Made by a program: the position numbers and the translations under genes. Positions 56,979 to 64,000 of a stretch of 64,000 nt of DNA are shown here, in pieces (position 1 is the stretch's first letter; the number at the start of each line of letters is the position of its first letter). Under the pieces are notes generated by a model, which saw nothing but the letters and a program-made list of their open reading frames with translations, ran no database searches and was not told the origin of the DNA. The DNA is from Acidimicrobiia bacterium. GTDB lineage: Bacteria; Actinomycetota; Acidimicrobiia; Spongiisociales; SHLN01. The DNA lies in assembly GCA_013002865.1 (NCBI GenBank), contig JABDLU010000202.1:1062-65061 (forward strand). Direction: 5' to 3'.

Positions 56979-58172
56979 TCACGGGGGGCTGTTGGCGGTG
57001 GCTAATCGTTCGGCCTGCAAGGTGGCCCAGGTGTCGGCGGCGTCGAGCAGCAGGGCGACGTGGAGATCCTCGCGCAGTTGGCGCCGGGCCGGCTGGAATG
57101 GTGTGCCCCACTCGGTGATGAACGTCACCTCGTCATTCGGGTTGCCCTGGAGGGTCCAGCCTCGACGGTGGATGAGGCGGTGGTGAAACCCGCACAGGGT
57201 GATGAGGTTGTCGAGGTTGGTCGGGCCACCAGTGGCCCAGTGGATCAGGTGATGACCATGGGTCCAGCGGGTACGCCGACAACCCGGGAACCGGCACCCA
57301 CCGTCACGGTCGGCCATGATTCGACGCAACCAGGCAGGGATCTGGCGGCTGACCCGCCCAATACCCACCGTGAGCCCATCCTGATCGATCGCCGGCTGCA
57401 CCCTCCCATCACAGGTCAGTCGCAACAGCTCATCGCGGGTCACGGTCCGCCCCCCAATATCAACCGCTGATTCCGGGTCGGCTAGCGCGGCAGCGTCGAC
57501 ATGGACCACGATGGTTGCCCGATCATGATCCCGGTCCTCGGCCATACTCTCAGAGGACATCTGCACCAGCGCTTCACCAGCCCGGATCTGCGGGTCCCGA
57601 TACAACCCGGTGTGGGGATCAATCGGCGCTTTGGCACCCAACCTGGACAGCGCCGACTCCACCAGGATCCCATCCACACCCGGAATCGCCCCCCGCACCA
57701 ACAACGTCGTGTCATCCCACCACACATTGAGGACCGGGGACTCCGGACGGGACCGCTGCACCACCGGTATCGCCAGATAGGCACGGATCTCCCCGGCGAG
57801 ATCCTCAAGGCCAACCTCGGCTGCAAAGCGCAACAACTCGGTTTCGTTTTCCGGGGTGGCATACCGGGTCAAAACCAGCACCTCATCGAGCGACACCACC
57901 CCGGACCGGAACGCATCCTCGATGGTCGGCAACGGACTGAGCGCCTCCGCAGCCCGGAGCCACGCCCGCGCCGTCTTCGAGGAGATCCCCAAATCAAACG
58001 ACACCCAGGAAACTGCGTCGGTCATCGCGTTGGCCCGGGCCGCCTCATCCATATCCACCCGACAGAACAATTCAAACAACTCCAGGAACACCAGATTGAG
58101 CCGGGTATGGAGCCCAACCATCCGCTCCCTGACCTCCCGAGCCACGCTCCCATCGAGTCCGTTTGTACTCAT
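56979..58172 (-). CDS. DUF222 + HNH endonuclease (REP13E12-like)
   Basis: C-terminal RDGGCRFPGC...HHLIHWATGGPTNLDNLITLCGFHHRLIH; helical N-terminus; coding strand G/T-rich relative to neighbours. Confidence 0.9.
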   Translation of the reverse strand: MSTNGLDGSVAREVRERMVGLHTRLNLVFLELFELFCRVDMDEAARANAMTDAVSWVSFDLGISSKTARAWLRAAEALSPLPTIEDAFRSGVVSLDEVLVLTRYATPENETELLRFAAEVGLEDLAGEIRAYLAIPVVQRSRPESPVLNVWWDDTTLLVRGAIPGVDGILVESALSRLGAKAPIDPHTGLYRDPQIRAGEALVQMSSESMAEDRDHDRATIVVHVDAAALADPESAVDIGGRTVTRDELLRLTCDGRVQPAIDQDGLTVGIGRVSRQIPAWLRRIMADRDGGCRFPGCRRTRWTHGHHLIHWATGGPTNLDNLITLCGFHHRLIHRRGWTLQGNPNDEVTFITEWGTPFQPARRQLREDLHVALLLDAADTWATLQAERLATANSPP

Positions 58173-58178
58173 GCCGCC

Positions 58179-58200
58179 ACCGTATCAACCGGGTGTGACA
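58179..58200 (-). promoter_or_regulatory. PafBC/RecA-NDp-type promoter (leaderless) of the DUF222-HNH gene
   Basis: TGTCAC-N10-TA-N3-T = TGTCACACCCGGTTGATACGGT, 6 nt before the ATG. Confidence 0.7.
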
Positions 58201-58225
58201 CAAACCCCGGGCAGCCAAAAGAAAT

Positions 58226-58251
58226 GTTTGGGAGCACCCCACGGCGGGTAC
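58226..58251 (+). promoter_or_regulatory. SigB/SigF-type promoter
   Basis: GTTT-N16-GGGTAC upstream of the 21-aa ORF. Confidence 0.5.
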
Positions 58252-58284
58252 CTGTCCACCACGCCAACACAAAGGAGTGGAGTC

Positions 58285-58350
58285 ATGCGACTGGGAATCA
58301 GCCTTACCGGACTGGTGCTTTTGATCATCGTTCTCGCCCTGATCTTCTAA
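58285..58350 (+). CDS. 21-aa single-TM microprotein
   Basis: MRLGISLTGLVLLIIVLALIF; AAAGGAGTGGAG RBS upstream. Confidence 0.55.
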   Translation: MRLGISLTGLVLLIIVLALIF

Positions 58351-58493
58351 TGCTTGCACCGGTTTCATTGTTCGGAGCTCCGTTCGCGGGGCTCCGAGCG
58401 GTTTTCACACGACTATTCGGCGATCGCGACCCGGACAGGCCAGAGGTCGCACCGGAGCCCCTTTCCGAGGAGTCGACCGAGTCGACCCCGTGA
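58350..58493 (+). CDS. 47-aa microprotein
   Basis: MLAPVSLFGAPFAGLRAVFTRLFGDRDPDRPEVAPEPLSEESTESTP; TAATG overlap with the previous ORF. Confidence 0.4.
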   Translation: MLAPVSLFGAPFAGLRAVFTRLFGDRDPDRPEVAPEPLSEESTESTP

Positions 58494-58498
58494 TCGGG

Positions 58499-58693
58499 CT
58501 ACTCGTTGCTGGCCTTCTTGAGGAGGCGGAGCTTTGGCACCAGGCCGGCATCGGCGAGGGTGTCGATGGCCTCGGCCTCGTCGTCGGCCAACTCAACGCG
58601 CCGCAGCGGCGTACCTTCCAGCAGCACCGTCACGATGCAGTCGTCGCACGCGCTGGTGTGTTGCATCACGCATTCGTCACAGTCGATGAGCAT
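58499..58693 (-). CDS. Small Cys4 putative metal-binding protein (64 aa)
   Basis: MLIDCDECVMQHTSACDDCIV...LADAGLVPKLRL; AAAGGAGG RBS. Confidence 0.8.
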   Translation of the reverse strand: MLIDCDECVMQHTSACDDCIVTVLLEGTPLRRVELADDEAEAIDTLADAGLVPKLRLLKKASNE

Positions 58694-58715
58694 CCGACCT
58701 CCTTTCACTGAGCGC

Positions 58716-58737
58716 ACCGTATCGAGCGGGTGTGACA
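58716..58737 (-). promoter_or_regulatory. Second PafBC/RecA-NDp-type promoter
   Basis: TGTCACACCCGCTCGATACGGT, 20/22 identical to the copy at 58179-58200. Confidence 0.7.
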
Positions 58738-58751
58738 GGAAAGAGGGTTGC

Positions 58752-58854
58752 CAGCGATCAGCGATCAGCAATCAGCGATCAGCAATTGGCTATCGGCTAT
58801 CGGCTATCGGCCAGACCGGGGTCCGGCGACCGGCGACCGGGGACGGGCGACCGG

Positions 58855-58856
<2 letters not shown>
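58752..58856. repeat. Phased heptamer tandem-repeat tract (15 units)
   Basis: CAGC(G/A)AT x5, (T/C)GGCTAT x3, CGGCCAG, then six ACCGG(C/G)G-like units. Confidence 0.85.
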
Positions 58857-61280
<2,424 letters not shown>

Positions 61281-61352
61281 CGACCGGACGCTAACGAGCT
61301 GTCACCGGTGGCGATGCGTAGCGATGTGGATCACATCCGTAGTGTGATCGCG

Positions 61353-61826
61353 ATGACGGCAGCCGATGTTCTTTGGGTCCTCGATTTGCTCAAGTCGAGA
61401 GGCATTGAGGCCTGGATCGGCGGCGGATGGGGCGTCGACGCACTGGTCGGCTCCCAGACGCGGGATCACCTCGACCTCGATGTCTTCTTCGATCGAGATC
61501 AGGAATCGGACGTCGTGGACCTGTTCGCCGGAAAAGGCTTCGAGGAGACGGTCGATTGGCGGCCGGGGCGGTTCGTTCTCACCGACGGCATCCGGGAGGT
61601 GGACCTCCATCCGGTGGAGGTTTTTTCCGATCGATCAGCCGTCCAGCGCACGCACGATGGGCGCCGCTTCGATTACCCGGCGTCGGCCCTGATCACAGGG
61701 ACGATCGAGGGCCGGACGGTGCCGTGCATCGATGCTGCCCTCCAGTGGGCATTCCATCAGGGGTACGTACCGACGGCAAAAGACCGCCACGACATCGCGT
61801 TGCTCGAGCAACTGCTCGGGCGGTAG
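61353..61826 (+). CDS. Nucleotidyltransferase (ANT(2'')/LnuA-like family)
   Basis: WIGGGWGVDALVG.QTR.H.DLD, EVDLHP, FHQGY...KDRHD. Confidence 0.85.
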   Translation: MTAADVLWVLDLLKSRGIEAWIGGGWGVDALVGSQTRDHLDLDVFFDRDQESDVVDLFAGKGFEETVDWRPGRFVLTDGIREVDLHPVEVFSDRSAVQRTHDGRRFDYPASALITGTIEGRTVPCIDAALQWAFHQGYVPTAKDRHDIALLEQLLGR

Positions 61827-61955
61827 GCACCACGGGCGTAGGAGGACGACGGAGCAGGGGTCGACGATGGTGGGGAGCGCCCCTTCCGACTCGCAGGCAA
61901 GCGGTGGACCGGTCGGCTAAGGTCGATCCAATCCGCAGACCGGAGGTTTCTCGAG

Positions 61956-62879
61956 GTGGCAGCGAGGGTAGAGCGCATCCCGAAGAAGCGCTTTTCTGGT
62001 CCCGGCTGGCGCCCCACCGCAAAGGCCTACGTCTACCTCTTCCCGACGTTCTTCATCCTGGCGGTGTTCGTCTACTTCCCGATCATCGAATCGTTCCGGC
62101 TGAGCCTCAATCGGGTCGCTCCCTTTGGGAACCAGGAAATCAGCGTCGGCTTCGACAATTATCGCCGGCTTCTGACTAGCCCCGATTTCTGGGACACGGT
62201 GAAGGTGTCGGTGTATTTCATGATCGGCACCGTCCCGGTCGGAATCGGGCTGGCCGTCGCCATCGCCATCTTGCTGGCCTACCCGTTGAAGCGGCTCAAC
62301 TGGTTCTACCGAACGCTCATCTTCGTGCCCGTGGTCATTTCCAGCGCCATCGCCGGCACCCTGTTCAAGCTGCTGTACAACCCGGTGGTTGGGTTCTTCA
62401 ATCACTGGCTGAGCATCATCGGCATCGACGGCCCCAACTGGCTCAATGAACAGAACTGGGCGGTAGTGGCCGTCACGATCGCCGTGGTGTGGCGCCAACT
62501 CGGCTTCAACGTCATCATCGCCCTCGCCGGCATCCAGGCCATCGACGAACAGCTCTACGAGGCGGCCAAGGTCGACGGCGCCGGTGTGTTCAGACGGATC
62601 TGGCACATCACGCTGCCGATGCTGTCCCCGACCCTGTTTTTCCTCGCCGTCGTCAACGTCATCATCAGCCTGCAGGCCTTCGGCGAGATCAACATCCTCA
62701 CCGACGGTGGGCCGGGCCGGGGTACCACCAACCTGGTCTATCAGGTGTTTGTCGACGGATTCGTCGGCACCCGCTTCGTTGGCAGGGCGTCGGCCCAGGC
62801 ATTCCTCCTGGCGATCATGATCATCGGCATCTCCATCATCAACTTCCGCGGCCTCCGATCTCGGGTGCACTACCAATGA
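61956..62879 (+). CDS. Carbohydrate/G3P ABC transporter permease (UgpA-like)
   Basis: VGFDNY, LYEAAKVDGA, ITLPMLSPT. Confidence 0.92.
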   Translation: MAARVERIPKKRFSGPGWRPTAKAYVYLFPTFFILAVFVYFPIIESFRLSLNRVAPFGNQEISVGFDNYRRLLTSPDFWDTVKVSVYFMIGTVPVGIGLAVAIAILLAYPLKRLNWFYRTLIFVPVVISSAIAGTLFKLLYNPVVGFFNHWLSIIGIDGPNWLNEQNWAVVAVTIAVVWRQLGFNVIIALAGIQAIDEQLYEAAKVDGAGVFRRIWHITLPMLSPTLFFLAVVNVIISLQAFGEINILTDGGPGRGTTNLVYQVFVDGFVGTRFVGRASAQAFLLAIMIIGISIINFRGLRSRVHYQ

Positions 62880-63766
62880 CCACCGAACCCTTCCTGCTCG
62901 ACGAAGACATCACCGCCCAACCCGAGCACGTCGCGCCGCGCAGCAGGTGGGCCGATCTGCCTGTGCACCTGACGCTGCTCATCATCGGGCTCGCCATCGC
63001 CACCCCGATCATCATCTCCTTCTTCATCAGCTTCACGCCGCTTCGGGAGCTGGTGTCACGGGCCAATCCGTCAATCCTGCCGGACACCTGGACCTTCGAC
63101 AACTATGAGAAAGCGTGGAACGCCACACCGTTCGGCCGGTTCGTCCTCAACAGCTTCATCCAGACGGGGATCATTACTGCGGCGCAGGTGCTGTTCAGCA
63201 TCCTCGCCGGTTACGCATTCGCCATGTTCGAGTTCAAATTCAAGAACGCGCTGTTTGCCATTCTGATCGGCAGCCTGATCGTCCCCTTCGAACTGACCTT
63301 CATCCCCAACTTCCTCCTCATTTCAGACCTCGGGTGGGCCAACACCTATGCCGGGCTCACCGTACCGTTCCTGGCCAGTGCGTTCGGGGTCTTCATGATG
63401 CGCCAGTTCTTCCTGTCGATCCCGCGCGACCTCTACGACGCCGCCAAGATCGATGGGGCAAGCGATTGGAAATACTTGTGGGCGGTGATGACCCCCCTCA
63501 GCAAGGGAGCGATCTCGGCGTTTACGATCTTCGCCTTCCTCAGCGCCTGGAACCAATACCTGTGGCCACTCATCATCACGAATGAAGAGAACATGCGTAC
63601 CGCGCAGATCGGAATCCGGTTCTTCCTGGTCAACCAGGAACGAGCCACCGACTGGGGTGCGATCATGGCCGGGGCGGTCATCGTGATGATTCCGACGCTG
63701 CTCGTTTTCATCGTGGCGCAGAAGCAACTGGTGAAGGGGATCGCAGCGAGCGGTCTCAAAGGTTAG
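62876..63766 (+). CDS. Carbohydrate/G3P ABC transporter permease (UgpE-like)
   Basis: Start MTTEPF overlapping the upstream stop; DAAKIDGA, WNQYLWPL. Confidence 0.92.
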   Translation: MTTEPFLLDEDITAQPEHVAPRSRWADLPVHLTLLIIGLAIATPIIISFFISFTPLRELVSRANPSILPDTWTFDNYEKAWNATPFGRFVLNSFIQTGIITAAQVLFSILAGYAFAMFEFKFKNALFAILIGSLIVPFELTFIPNFLLISDLGWANTYAGLTVPFLASAFGVFMMRQFFLSIPRDLYDAAKIDGASDWKYLWAVMTPLSKGAISAFTIFAFLSAWNQYLWPLIITNEENMRTAQIGIRFFLVNQERATDWGAIMAGAVIVMIPTLLVFIVAQKQLVKGIAASGLKG

Positions 63767-63796
63767 GGTCCTGCACATAACAGAGGGAGGTCAGGA

Positions 63797-64000
63797 ATGG
63801 TCCGAAAGACCAAATGGTTCATCCTGTTCGTGGTGTTCGCCATGGTGGCGGCCGCCTGCGGCGGAGATGACGGCAGCGACGATACGTCGGCAACGACATC
63901 AGGTGGCGGTGGCGAAGCAACCACCACAACCGCCTCGGGCACACCCCCGACGACGGTGGCGGCGGCAGAACCCATCGAGATCGAGTTCTGGCACGCGATG
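63797..64000 (+). CDS. ABC substrate-binding lipoprotein (5' partial, UgpB-like)
   Basis: MVRKTKWFILFVVFAMVAAAC lipobox, Thr-rich linker, IEFWHAM; runs off the window. Confidence 0.85.
   Translation, partial: MVRKTKWFILFVVFAMVAAACGGDDGSDDTSATTSGGGGEATTTTASGTPPTTVAAAEPIEIEFWHAM

Overview
A 64-kb, high-GC chromosomal segment of an actinobacterium. Acidimicrobiia is my best guess, inferred from gene content and order (murB inside the dcw cluster, type-2 IleRS, archaeal/eukaryotic-type ProRS, queG, fabD-fabH-fabG-acpP-fabF). Most of it is core genome: dnaE, two tandem phosphofructokinases, dksA-like/lspA/rluD, T-box-controlled ileS, a full dcw cluster (mraZ to ftsZ, then pgeF, yggS, sepF, yggT, divIVA), MoxR-DUF58-transglutaminase, a MerR regulator, DUF3040, dinB, FAS-II genes, glgP, an alaC-like aminotransferase, a metallophosphoesterase-SRPBCC-ArsA/Get3 operon, queG, ilvD, proS and a Ugp-like ABC transporter. 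I found no rRNA, tRNA, CRISPR array, prophage or intact transposase. The most interesting signals are: (1) an unannotated 57-aa ORF ending in an IxI motif, translationally coupled to a Get3-like ATPase whose alpha-crystallin-like tail lacks its own IxI; (2) a serine-recombinase-fold protein lacking its catalytic residues, directly behind an HNH nuclease; (3) two near-identical 22-bp PafBC/RecA-NDp-type promoters in front of a DUF222-HNH gene and a small Cys4 protein, flanking a SigB/SigF-type two-microprotein unit; (4) a histidine phosphatase split by a single in-frame TAG; (5) cis-regulatory elements including an 18-bp hairpin over the rsmH start, MraZ boxes, an FtsR-like site before ftsZ, NrdR-like boxes before dnaE and phased heptamer repeat tracts. 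All product calls come from recognising motifs by eye; no searches were run.
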